From Squalus acanthias (lineage: Eukaryota), in assembly GCA_030390025.1 (NCBI GenBank), contig CM059432.1, positions 115,136,001 through 115,200,000 on the forward strand: a stretch of DNA of 64,000 bases, read 5' to 3'. The position numbers and the translations under genes were made by a program. Of this stretch, positions 50,275 to 62,227 are shown piece by piece (the stretch's first letter is position 1; each line of letters opens with the position of its first letter). The notes beneath the pieces were generated by a model that made no database searches, was not told where the DNA came from, and saw only the letters and a list, made by a program, of their open reading frames with translations.

Positions 50275-51810
50275 ATGGCAGAGCGTCCTCAAAGGGAGAG
50301 CTCAGACATTTTCTGACGCACCTCTGGTGGCACTAGTTGTGGCCGTGGAGAGGTGGCAGGCTGTCCTCTTCCCACAGACTGGAAGGAAACCCTCGCCATA
50401 CACCTCCCGAAGGATGTGGTAGGAGATAGCCGCCCATGTGACGACCAACACTGTGGTGCCAATTTCGGCCATCAAGTGCCGAAAGAAGTTTAATGACCTC
50501 ACACGAGTGGTCAAGGCCAGTGAATGCATCTTCAAATGCCATATCCCACCATCTGCACCACAAGCCTCACACACTGCTCAATGCACCACACCCCCAGCAC
50601 TCACCGACCAACAATCTTTACCTATCACCACTCAGACCTCACAATCAAAGCTTCACTTCACTCTCACAACCTTACCACTGCTGCAACTCTCACACCTTGC
50701 ACACACTGCCAGCTATTCAACTATGACAGACACATCACCCAAACGCATTGCACCACACTCACTCACACACTTCTCTTTCTCTTGCAGGCCAAGGTGGCTC
50801 ACAACTGTTGTGAGCAGCAGCAGCAGCAGACAGGCAGGGGGCAGGATGACATCCAAGACCTTAGCCAGCTGGAGGAGTGTGTTCTGGAGATAATTGGGTG
50901 TCAGATCATAGAGGCTGTGGCAACCGGCGAGGTTGAATGCCTCGAGGACAACGGTATAGTCATTCCTAATCCCTCTTCTCACACCCCACTTCCCCCTCAT
51001 CCCACAATCTCTTCTCACTTTCAAGTTACTGATGCTGTATGCATGCATATCTTGCTTTCCCCTAGAACCCGCCCCCCCCCCACCCTAACCCGACTCTTGT
51101 GCCTTTCTGCTTTCAAATAATCAACAACAAGACCGGAGCAGCCTGTCCCCGAGGTAATGCACGAGAGAAGAAGAGATAAGAAGACACAGCGTCACTGCAT
51201 CTGACACTCGCAGACACCAGCTCAGAAAATAGCACTACACATACTTGAGGGTAGTGTAGTAGCGGTATCTGCACAGGGTGAGGCACCGGGCACGAGTGGG
51301 CTGCAGCAAGGCCAGGTGGAAAAGGGTAGCTCGGGGGCCAGCTCCCTGGAGGGTGACTTTGCGCGCAAGTTCTGCTGCACAGGACTCAGATGAGGACCTC
51401 GACTGGGTGGTCGTCAGAAGAAGGGTGATGGGCATGTACACCGAATTGTTAGGTGCAATGGCAAGCCTGTCAGAGAGCCTCTTGGCAATGTCAAGGAGCA
51501 TGGAGGAGTCGGACTCCAGCACTGCACGGGGCTCTGTGCAGAGCTTGGTGTCCAGGGGTTCTAGGCTGGAAATGGAAGACTTACGAAGAGACCATGTAGA
51601 CCCAGACGTGATGGTGCGTGTGATGGGCAATGTTGTGGCTGCCACTGCAGCACAGGAGGAAGCGACCCAATGTCTCGTGCACCCTTGATTCCACCCAAGG
51701 TCAGACTGCTGCCATTGTGGCTGGATTTACCGCTGTTGACTAGTGCTTGAAGGGTGTTGCAGCAGCCCAGCAATTTGTGCGCCAACAGATTGCTAGGAAT
51801 GCTGAAGCGC
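50275..51810 (+). pseudogene. Harbinger Myb/SANT-like DNA-binding protein pseudogene (three exons)
   Basis: CRKKFNDLTRVVK at about 50476-50515; acceptor cttgcag then AKVAHN...QTGRG...LEECVLEIIG; third exon QDSDEDLD...RRRVMGMYTELL; stops and frameshifts. Confidence 0.8.
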
Positions 51811-51811
51811 C

Positions 51812-52340
51812 GCATTGGGTACCAAACCATAGGAAGGATACATTAACCTTGGAGGGGTTACAGCGCAGATTCACTAGAAATTATACAGGGGCGTAAGGAG
51901 TTGAATTATGAGAACAGGTTGCATACACTTGGCTTATATTCCCTTGAGTTTAGAAGGTTGTAAGGTGATCTAAACTCTTCAAAATAATAAAGGGATTTTT
52001 TTTTTTTTTTAGGGTAAATACTGAAAAACTATACCCTCTGGTGGGGGGAATCCAGAACAAGGGGACATAATCTTCAAATTATGGTAGGCCATTTAGGAGT
52101 GAAATCAGGAAGCACTTTTTACACACAAAGGGTAGTGGAAATCTGGATCTCCCTCCCTTAAAAGGTTGTCAATGGATGCAGGGTGAATTGAAATTTTCAA
52201 GACTGAGATCGATAGATTTTTGGTACGAAGGGATATGAGCAAAGGTGGGTAAATAGAGTTGAGGTACAGATCAGTCATGATCTAACTGAATGACGGAACA
52301 GGTTCAAGGGGCTGAGTGGGCTACTCCTGTTCCTATGTTT
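51812..52340 (+). mobile_element. CR1 3' fragment nested in Harbinger
   Basis: ataggaaggatacattaaccttggaggggttacagcgcagattcac through to ctactcctgttcctatgtt. Confidence 0.82.
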
Positions 52341-52689
52341 GTATGTCTGTGTATGGTGATGGGTGAAACCAGGCTGCTCAGGAGCACCCTCCAGAGAAGC
52401 ACCCAGCAGCGACACCCTCTCAGGAGCCAGCTGTCATGAGTCAAGGGCCACCTCTATCTCCTAACCCTTTCGTACAGCATGAGCAGCCAAACCACCTCAG
52501 GACGCACTTAGATGCAGCACTAGGATAGGAGACAGGAAGGCATGGTTGGCACAAGGGGGAAGCACGGTGCTAAGAAAGAGTAGCATGTTGTATAATTTGG
52601 CCACAAATAAATTGTTTTTGTGCCAATAAAAGTTGTGTATTTGTCTGAAAGACACTGCAGTTACCTTGTGTGTTGTTACTTCTGGTCAT

Positions 52690-53520
52690 GACAGTCTATC
52701 GGGAAAGGGAACCCTTATTTGGTCTGGACCTCTTCAGTCAGCAAATGCTTCATGGCAAAGGTCTATTGAGCCAAAGAGGTCATCTGTGGTACCCTTTGGC
52801 TGGGTGGGTAGAAGAAGGTTAAGGCTGAGGAATTGCCACTGCAATCGATCAATTAATGATGATGTCCTTCAGTATGTGCCCTCCGATAGTCCTTCCAACA
52901 AGTGAGGACATGGCTTGGTTTACATAGCAGACAAGCTGAATGTTCACAGAATAGAACCCCTGCCTGTTCACACATGTCAGTGGCTGCTCGATTGGTGCCT
53001 TTGGTGTCATATGCATGCCATCGTGGCACCCTGGCAAATCCAACTACCCTATAGAAATCCCTGTGCTCTGTGTCTCTGCTGCCTGGGGTGGGATGCCCAA
53101 GTGGAGGAATCCAGCTGCTCGATGACAGAGACCATCCATCACCTGCATGATACACGCCCCGACAGCTCCTTGGGCCAATGCTGCTAAATGCCCTGCGGCA
53201 GTCTGGAAGGATGCGGAGCCGTAAAGGTTGAGGGCTACTGTCACTTTAATTGCGACGGATAGAAGGGCTACTGTCACTTTAATTGCGACGGACAGAGCAG
53301 TTGTGGCAGTGGAGAGTCTGTAAATCTTCATGATGAAGTTGGCAGAGATTCCCAATGACATCCTTGGAGTGTGGCAGCCCTCGGATGCATGGGCCCTTGG
53401 AGAGATCTTTGTAGGACCGTTTTCTCTCCTGTACACATGACGAGGAGGGTAGTACCCAATGCTCGCCGGTCCTCAGCCATGCTGCCTGATTCTCTTGGCT
53501 TGGACATGTGCTGATGCAAC
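52690..53520 (-). pseudogene. HARBI1-like Harbinger transposase pseudogene
   Basis: IKVTVALNLYGSASFQ, VNRQGFYSVNIQLVC; heavily disrupted. Confidence 0.75.
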
Positions 53521-54527
53521 TTCTCCTGCATGATGGGGAAAGCCATCACTTGTCCAAAGTCCATCTGACTGTGGATTTGGAGGTGAGGGAAGTTGGGTGT
53601 CCCCAAATTTCTTTCTAGGAAGTGAGGAAAGCACGATGACAAGATGAATTGCAGGTGTCAGAGATTTAAAAACATGAAGGAACGGGTTTTAAAAAGTTCC
53701 TCAGAAGCCTGTAATCAATCATCCAGCAAACCTGCTCACCAACTCCTCGCTTACACTGCTCTGAGGTGTAAGGGGGAGCGGTTAGACTATTTCGTCTTGC
53801 ATATAAAGTTGCACCAGTTGCAGGATCGGCGTAAACCCAGGAAAATCTCCATGTATTTGGACAGTGCAGCTATGCAAACGAGCGGTGGAGGGCTTTAACC
53901 GGTGTGCGGTTTGTGCTGTTAAAAAGGTTGAGGAAACTTATGTTCAGCACAATAATGGCTTAAATGTACCCAAATACACTAAAAAAATGTCCTCAATCTT
54001 CTTAGTGCAATAACAGAATAATAATGTCATGAGTACTGTAGATAATTGAGGAAAATCAGGGCCATTTAATGAAAAGACAGGAAAAAGAACATGGGGAGCA
54101 GGAGAGAATACATGAATGCCCATCACCAGAGGCCTGTAACCATATTCATGTCCTTGATGTGAGATTATCTCAGGTGTATGCTTCATGACTGAAAAACTCA
54201 CACCATTGATTTTATCAATGTTGATAGCTCTGTTTATATCATGGGCATTCTCTTTCCTATTTTTACTCGGATCAAAGACTCACTCATAATACACAATCTT
54301 GGTAGCACACCTCCACACTCGTGATTATACATCAAACCTTTCATATTTTAGCCTTTAAGAAATTCAGTTACCCTCATCACTGGTTAACCCTAGTACAAAA
54401 TAAAACCAATTGAAACATTTTCTTCCCACCCCACTAACGTTGCTGTATGCTGAGGCAATATATGTAAGTAATACAATTTAATTACTGTTTACAATAGGTA
54501 AAATGGAATTGAATGACTGAAGATTGT

Positions 54528-55270
54528 GGGCCAAAAATTCATCCCGCGACGCGAGAGTACGCAGTGCGTACTCTCGCGTATTTCCTCTCCAATTGCCGGT
54601 TTTCTGCATGCCCTGTGCATGCGCTGAAAACCGGCACTTGATCTTTTGAAAAGGGGGCGGTTCCTCGGTGCATCACGTGCGCGCTACAGGCTGCGCGCAC
54701 GCTGTGCACTTCATGCTTTGGACGCGCAGGTAAGTACGGAAGATTTTAGAAATGGAAAAAGGAGGAGTAAGACCCACTTTTAACAAGGTAAGTAGTGAAT
54801 TAAGTATTTTTTTGAATTTTTTTAACAGGTATATCTTTTTTAGAGACTTTAAAGACAGGTAAGTTTATTTTTATAACTTTTTAAAAGATTTTAAATTTTT
54901 TCAAAAATTTAATTTTTTATTTAAAATGGTTAATTTATTTAACTATACTTATTTTATTAATGTGATGGTTTTTTTTTTAAATTTAATTGAGGTTTAGCTG
55001 TTATTTTGGGGGGGTGTAAGATTCATAGATTTCACAGCACGTATGTGAAACTTATGAATGGAAGATGGTGTGCTGCCATTGGCTCTAACTAAGTCACGTG
55101 ATCCCACAGCTCGCACGAATTCACTACGCCGGTGGGATACGCAAGCACTGCCCGGCTGATGTCTGGAACATCAAGTTCGTGCGAGCTGGATCTGAAAAAG
55201 CACAAGCGGAGTGAGAGATCGCGGGGAAGCCTTACCCCCGCGGGAACAGAGCGAGATCAATTTCTGGGCC
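54528..55270. mobile_element. Harbinger-type multi-hairpin element, family A (743 bp)
   Basis: TIRs gggccaaaaatt / aatttctgggcc, exact TSD tgt; same orientation as 45813-46552. Confidence 0.9.
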
Positions 55271-56712
55271 TGTATCTGGAGCTCAGAGACAGATAGCTTA
55301 CTTAAGGCATGATTTGGAAAGAATGAAATGAATGGATATTTATTTTTAGGCAACAAACATTTTCTGAATAGTAAAATTATGCACACTTTGATACCTAATC
55401 ACCCTGATCCCCACATTGTTCATTTTCAAAAGTTTTTGCAATGCAAAAGTTAAAGAGGGAGATTATCTAACGCATCCACATGGATGTGTTTCCCTTTTCC
55501 GCCACTTGATATAATCCTAAATTGTTAATCATCAGCTGCCGTTCTTTCCTTGCAGTAGTCCAGGTTCTTGAAAATGAGTTTTGCAGCATGACTGCCATCT
55601 CCTGCAGGCATCATTGCACTGCTGGGGCACTTACGGAACTACAGAAATAGAAAAGTGTAGGATACAAAAGGAAATTTGGCAGCAGTAAGTAAAATCTCTG
55701 CCTGATTTTGTTTTGCTCTTAATTTGATTAGCAGATTATGTTGTTGCTTTTTAGTAAATTTGATCTATTGAAGGGTAAAGCCTATCAAATTGTGATTTGC
55801 TGACACCAAACTCTCGAGGAAGGCGAAAACAACTGCAAAATGTGGAAGCCACAACACTGGAGCTTTGTCACTAGTAAAATATCTACAACACTTGAGAGAG
55901 AAATAATATTCAGGAGTGCGGTTTACTTTGCAAACATAATTAAAATATTCTGAAGAATTGAGGTGATGTGATAGAACCATATGGAAGCTGTGACATTCCC
56001 TTATATCAAATCACTAAATAAATCCCAGTATCACTGGCGATTGAATCACGTGGTATACAAGCCTGTCCTCGGTCACCGTCTGCTGTAGCACAACCCCTAC
56101 TGGCAAAATAATTGAAAACAAAAATTATAAATACATTTTCCTAATTATTACGTAGAAGAACACTGGAATTATGCTGCAGGTACCAGTTTGAAACCTATAC
56201 CTGCCTGTAGCGATGTGGGACTCTAAAACCAGGTATTACAACACTCAGCCCCCAGCGCAGCGTTGATCTCTATTTTAGTTGATCGTTTGATCTCTATTTT
56301 ACAGCCATTGATTTTAACGGCCAGGAAAGTGGTACCACCGTAATGAAGAAGTTTGGGGCTTTAGTGTCCCATTACACTCTGCCCCGGAAAACAAAGCTCT
56401 GTGTATTCGTGCTGGTAGATATTCTACATTCACCACCACCTTATTGTTAGTGAGAAGCCAGGCGGACAGTTAGCAGTCTGCTAACATTAAAAGTGAAAAT
56501 TGAAAAACTTCCAGGTAATCAGCTGGATTGCCTGGGCACCTTTTAACGTTCACTTCCACCAACTACAGTTAGAGTGCAGCTGGTATGAAGCCTCACAAAC
56601 TGCATCACTAGCCTCACACAGTGATGTGAGACGACTACCACCTAGGTTTCTTTCATGCCACTTCCTTAAGTTCAATTTGGGGTGCTTTGCACCAGGGTTG
56701 TGTCACGCATTT

Positions 56713-56826
56713 AGGGGGTGATTTTCCCAAATGTGTGCTTGTAGCAGGGAACCCTTCTCCCATCAGTCGTGCCTTGTTGGTGGGTTAGGTTCCCCACTGT
56801 CAGTGTGTACTTGGAAAATTAACCCT
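56713..56826. repeat. Short imperfect fold-back element
   Basis: ggggtgattttcccaaatgtg...gggaacc / ggttccc...gtacttggaaaattaaccc. Confidence 0.5.
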
Positions 56827-57097
56827 TTAATGTAATTGGGAGGCAATTTCGGCATTGCCCTCTCGCAAAACAGGCTATCATAACAGGCCAGAAGCATATT
56901 CTGTTCATGGTCTCTTTCAAGGCATAAAATATCCAATGAAGTTAGTAACTCTCAAATGTCATCTCAGCCCTTAGGTCTGCCCTTGTTACACACAGCACAA
57001 AGGGGGCAAAATTCAATAAGGCCCGAAAACAGCTAAACGCGCTGTTGGTTGACTCAGCAGTCAATGGGGGGCCCAGTATCATGAGGAGTCTGTTCTC

Positions 57098-57107
57098 TAT
57101 TTAAAGG
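57098..57107 (+). promoter_or_regulatory. TATA-like box of Harbinger Myb gene
   Basis: tatttaaagg about 90 bp upstream of the ATG; the same motif lies on the opposite strand upstream of the transposase. Confidence 0.4.
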
Positions 57108-57195
57108 TTGCTGCAGATTCAAAGGCTGTATGCACTTGTTAAAGGAGAGTCGCTCTGTTACAGAAGTGCCTCATTGTGGCTGGAGCTGAAGCAAT

Positions 57196-59057
57196 ATGTC
57201 TCAACAGATGAGTGAGCGTGCACCTCTGCTCTCAGATGCAGCACTGGAGGCCTTGGCACAGGGAGTGTACAGGAGGAGACAGGTCCTCTACCCGCAGGGG
57301 GGCAGGAGGCCTTCCAGGCACACTGTGCGTAGGCAGTGGGAGGAGATCACAGAAGCTGTCAGTGCCAACAGTGTTGCCGCCAGGACATGGAACCCGTGCT
57401 GGAAGTTTAATGACCTCACACGAGTGGTCAAGGTGACTGACTTCATCTACAAATGCCATATCCCACCAACTGCATCACTAGCCTCACACACTGCTCAATG
57501 CACCACACCCCTATCACTCAGCTACCAACAATCTGTCGCAGTCACGACTCATAACTCATGTTCATAGCTTCACCTCACCCTCGCACACTTACCACTGCTG
57601 CAAACCTCACACCCACATCTCACACTTTGCACACAATGCCAGCTATTCATCCATGACAGGCACATCACTCAAACACATTGCACCACACTCACTCACACAC
57701 TTCCCCTTCCCTTGCAGGACAAGGTGGCTCACAACCGGCGCAAGCAAGAACAAACAGGCGGGGGTGAAGCATGTCTGCAGAACCTTACTGCGCTGGAGGA
57801 GATGGTGCTGAAGATCATTGGAGAGCCCATCACTGAGGCGTGGCACTGGGCGAGGTTGAAAGCATTGCTGCTGATGGTATGCTCATACCTACTCCTTCAT
57901 CTCACATCTCAGTTCCCTCAACCCACAATCTCTTCTAACTTACAAGCTGCTGGTGGTGTAAGCTTGCACATCTTGCTTCTCCGCCTCCCCTCACAACAAC
58001 CCGACCATTGTGCCTTTCTTCTTTTAGATCCCCAAGAACTCCCACCAGCCCAGCCTGTACAGGAAGAAGTAGAAGAGGAGAGTGATGGAGAAGGCACCGT
58101 CACTCAACCCGACACTCGCAGACACCAGCTCAGAAAATGGCACGGTGCATACTTTAGAGGGTAGTATAGAAGCGGGATCTGCACGTGGTGAATCACCGGG
58201 CACGAGTGGGCTGCAGCCAGGTTAAAGTTGGGGAGGAGGGTAGCACAGGTGCCAGCTCCCCGGAGGACGAGATTGCACACAAGTTCTACTGCACAGGACT
58301 CAGATGAAGACTTCGATGGGGTGGCCTTCAGAAGAAGGGTGATGGGCATGCACACAGAAATGCTTGATGCAATGGCAAGCTTGCCAGAGAGCCTCTTTTC
58401 ACTGTCAAGGGTCATGGAGGAGTCCGGCTCCAACATTGCGCGGGGCTTTGAGCCCATAATTTCCAGGATGGGCAACTGCATTAGAGAAGTTGTGGACCGA
58501 GCCATAACGCTGCATGTGACGGGCGATGTTGCAGCTTCCATTGCAGCACAAGCGGAAGTGACCCAACGTCTGAGTGCTGCACTGGAAGCACAGATTGCTC
58601 TCATGCAAGCTCAGACTGCTGCCATCGTGGCTGGGTTTACGAGTGTGGAAAGGGGCTTGCAGGGTCTCCGCAGTCCAGCAATCTGTCCTCCAACAGATGG
58701 CTAGGAATGCTGAGGCGCCACCCCATGGAGTGGCAGTGGCTCCGTGGAGCACGAACCTGCTGTCCTCTCTCAGGATGACAGTATTCCTACTCCCACCACT
58801 GCCACTCCGCCAGTGCCCTTGCTGCTGCCTGTCAGCCAGCCAACCAGACTGCTGCGGTGGTGCAGCCTACAGCCGGGCCTTTTCAGCCCAGAGCTGCTCG
58901 AGGTCGTCCTGCAAGGCCATCTGCAGTCTCCCCCACTGAAAGTCAGCAGCCTTCCACCAGCCATGCTGCAACCACTGGGGGAGCACTTCATAGGAGCACT
59001 AGAATAGGCAAAGGAACACGAAAGACAGACATTAAAGGAATGCACAAGGGTGATTAG
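57196..59057 (+). pseudogene. Harbinger Myb/SANT-like (MSANTD/NAIF1-related) gene, three exons: 57196-57432, 57718-57876, 58028-59057
   Basis: Exon 1 ERAPLLSDAALEAL...QWEEITEAV...RTW...KFNDLTRVVK|gtga; exon 2 cttgcag|DKVAHNRRKQEQTGGG; exon 3 cttttag|. A 1-nt deletion near 57840 relative to the 50.9 kb copy, and further frameshifts in exon 3. Confidence 0.85.
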
Positions 59058-59201
59058 TTGACTTTGTAATGTTATATTGGAATTAATCATTTATAAATTA
59101 TGTTTGTATGGTGGCTTTCATTTCAGCATAGTGCCCAAGAGGATGCTGTGAATTTCCACGACAGAGGGATGGTAAGGTGGGGAAATGTTAAGCAATGGGG
59201 A

Positions 59202-61187
59202 TCAAGGGAACCGGAGTCTGATGAGGCGCTCATGGACAGCCCGTCTGGAATGGGGATTTGCAGGCTGCCTCCTCCCTTCCTCCTCCTCCTGAGGTGGTCG
59301 TGGAAACCGTGGTGGCAAGGGCTGCGCCCTCATGGTGGCCATGTTGTGGAGGATGCAGCAGACCACCACGAGTTGGGACACCCGTTCCAGCGAGAACTGG
59401 ACAGCTCCTCCCAAGCGGTCAAGGCAGTGGAACCGTTGCTTTAGCACCCCGATGGTCTGCTTGATGAGGTTCCTCGTGGCAGCATGGCTGTCATTATATG
59501 AGGTTGTGGAAGGGAGTCATCAGCCAGGTATAGCGCGGATCGACTTTGTCGCCGAGCAGTCACCCTTGAGTTCGACGTGGTGGCTGGAAGATTGCTGGCA
59601 CAGCGGACTGGTGCAGGGTGAAGGCATCATGACTGTTGCTAGGATACTGGGCATTCACCATCATGTGCTGGGCATGGTCGCACACCAACTGCCCATTAAG
59701 TGAGTGGTACCGTTTGCATTTGTGGTACATCTCAAGATTTATATGCGATGCCACAAAGTCACGTGTGTGCATTCGATGCCGCCCTACACCATGGGGAAGC
59801 CTGATATCCTGGCAAAGCCACATAGCGCGCTCCTCCTGCTTCTCTCTGTTCAGAGAAAAGACAATGAAGTCCCTTCTCCTGGAGCACAGAGCCTCTGTGA
59901 CCTCGCAGAGGCAGTGATGGACCGCAAAATGCAAGATGTTATCTATGTTGCCTGCTCCAGCCTGGAAGGATCTGCTGGTGAAAAAATTCAGGGCCACGGT
60001 TGTAAGAAATCGTGAATTGGAAGAAATTGTGAACTGTAAAAAAATAATTGTTTTATAAAAGAAATGGGTTTGCCGAGCTCAGCAGCCAGGATAAGCTGAT
60101 GACACAGAAGAAACCAATTATGTCAGAGAAGGAGTTGCACAAAGAGCTGAGGTCGTTTACAAGGGCATAACGCTGAAACAGGCCTTCATGTAGGCATACC
60201 TAGGCCTGGTAAAAGGATTGAGCAAGGAGCCTTGAGATGAACAGACTGTCCAAGAGAAGGTAACCAGAGGTCCAAACAAGAGATAAGCGGAGGGATGATC
60301 TCATGGGGACAGGTGGGATTTGCTGCAGGTACCTATTCCCCTGTAATTGGACAACTGAATGGCTAACAAATGATTGACACGAGGTATCCACCGGCCCCCC
60401 GAAATAAGGTATATAAACGGGCAGCTGAAAGAGAAAAATAGGCAGAGAGGGGGAAAGAGCTTCATGCTAGCTTTGAGTGAACACCTTGGTCAAGCTCAAC
60501 CTCTGAGGTGGATCTATGCTAACTTCGGCTTAAACCCTCTGCCAACCTCAGGAGATAACCAAAGAGGAAGAGATCACTGCCGCAGGTTGCAGGGATCCAT
60601 CCGAGACCACCGTTCTGCCTCAACGTCTTTCCGTCTGTTCCAGGGCCGGTAAACAGTTCTTATCTGTTATGGGTTGTATGTTTATCCTGATTGCGTGTTG
60701 TATTTGATTATATTTGAACTGCCGCTCCTTAATAAAGCGACCCATGACTCCCAAGACCCTTTGGGTAATGTGTGTGTGACCTGTGATCCAAATCTTACAC
60801 AGTCACCTTGAGGACCACTGGAGGCGCCATCGTCGCCCTGCTCTGTGGCTGAAGATCTGGTTCCAAGAGGTGGCAGAGTTCTGTGACCACCTCTTTGGTG
60901 AAGCGGAGCCACCGAGCGTACTGCTCCTGGCTTAGGCGCAGGTAGGAGAAATGCTCCCTGAAGACCCGAGGTGGGTAAGGCCTCCTGCTGAGAGCCCCCC
61001 CCCCCCCGCCGCCGCCTCCTCCTCCCTCTGCGAGCAGCTTGTCTTTGCTGCCTTTGCTCCATCTCCCTGTCATGCTGCAGCGCGAGGGGATGCAAGTAGA
61101 GTCCCCAGGACTGGGAGCAAGTGGTGTCGTCAGGGGCCTTCCGGTTGCAGCCAACGCCTTCCCAATGTCCAGCAGCACTCCCTGCAC
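59202..61187 (-). pseudogene. HARBI1-like DDE transposase, split by solo LTR
   Basis: RVFREHFSYLRLSQEQ..RWLRFTKE...KVTV|ALNFF...GFPMV*GGIECTHV...SHDAF...LLGDK...WLMTP...LKQRFHCLD...CCILHN. Confidence 0.9.
60001..60799 (+). mobile_element. Solo LTR (799 bp)
   Basis: tgtaaga...tcttaca termini; 4-bp TSD cggt/cagt (one CpG-type change); removing it restores KVTVAL in the transposase. tatataaa at about 60410 and aataaa at 60731. Confidence 0.88.
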
Positions 61188-61292
61188 ACTTCAACAATGT
61201 TATAAATGTCATTCAGCAACCCGGTATTGATATAAACTCTGCAAGAGCCAGTAAAAGAGCAATAATCAACTTAACTGCAAGTTGGATGTATC

Positions 61293-61427
61293 CCTTTAAA
61301 TAGCGCTGGTTGGGGGGTCCCTCAGCACATTCAGCTGTGCTTGTTTAGGAGAGGGCATTGGTCGGAAACGCGACGTTCAAAATGGCAGGTCGTGCATCAA
61401 ATCAGCATTGCATGCTGAATGACGTCA
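61293..61427 (-). promoter_or_regulatory. TATA-like box plus CRE palindrome upstream of Harbinger transposase
   Basis: Minus-strand gctatttaaagg (61293-61304) and TGACGTCA (61420-61427); the same pair with similar spacing occurs at 543-678. Confidence 0.45.
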
Positions 61428-62227
61428 TGATCTGCCTACTCTGCACACACATCCCGCCTAGGCTATCACCCTTCCCAAGATAGTAACCAGTGCGGACTGC
61501 GCTGGAAGTGGGTGGAAGAGAGGGTGTCGCCATTTTTTGCTTCAAACCGGCCATTACAGCCGGCGCCAAGGTGCTGAATTTCGCAGCCGGTGTTTATATT
61601 TTTGTACTGTAAAATATACAATATTGTGTGTTTCTTCAAGAGATGCAGCAAAAGGGAATTGTACACTATCAGTTCCAAACGTCTGAAAATAGCAAATTAA
61701 AATGTAAGAAATCAAAAGATAGAAAGGAAAGAAAATAGTTCTTCACCACTCTTCCAGTCAGCCACACCAGAAGTAACAAGACAAAATTCCGAAAACACTT
61801 TCTGTAAAAGGAGTGAAAGCTGTCCTTTTTATTCCTTTTTTTGATAGAATTCTTCACCTAACAGTGTATAACCAATTTCGGATATTTATCTTGAACAGTA
61901 ATCCCCAGTGAGAAACCTTTAAGAATTACATCTATTTTCCCCTGCAATGATAATCAGGATAAATCAGCAAGAAGTGATTAAGGGAAGTATTGCAAAATGG
62001 TGTCATAAGGCATTTTGTATAGACACAATGATATGCCACAACATCATGAGTAAAAATACTGCATTTCTGGCAATTTGGTTCAAATTAGCAGATCAAATAT
62101 TTTGATATCATAATCAATAAGATTCCTGTGTGATTTATAAAATGAACCTAGTGCTATTTATAAAATATCATTGGATAATATATTAAAAATCATATATCTG
62201 CATGCACATTCTGTCTACAAAGCCTTA

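Larger units (their letters stand above)
49950..54063. mobile_element. Decayed autonomous-type Harbinger element (Myb/SANT on +, transposase on -), interrupted by CR1
   Basis: Left end ggcctagaaattgg; right end tentatively gaaaatcagggcc; both genes colinear with the 57-61.6 kb copy. Confidence 0.75.
57002..61588. mobile_element. Near full-length PIF/Harbinger transposon with convergent Myb/SANT and transposase genes, inactivated
   Basis: Ends gggggcaaaattca / tgaatttcgcagcc (11/14 match, TSD not preserved); both genes recognisable; nested solo LTR. Confidence 0.85.

Noticed and set aside
59202..61187. Domesticated HARBI1 host gene
   Set aside because: In-frame stop, first catalytic Asp changed (IECTH), frameshifts, LTR insertion and multiple related copies indicate a dead transposon.
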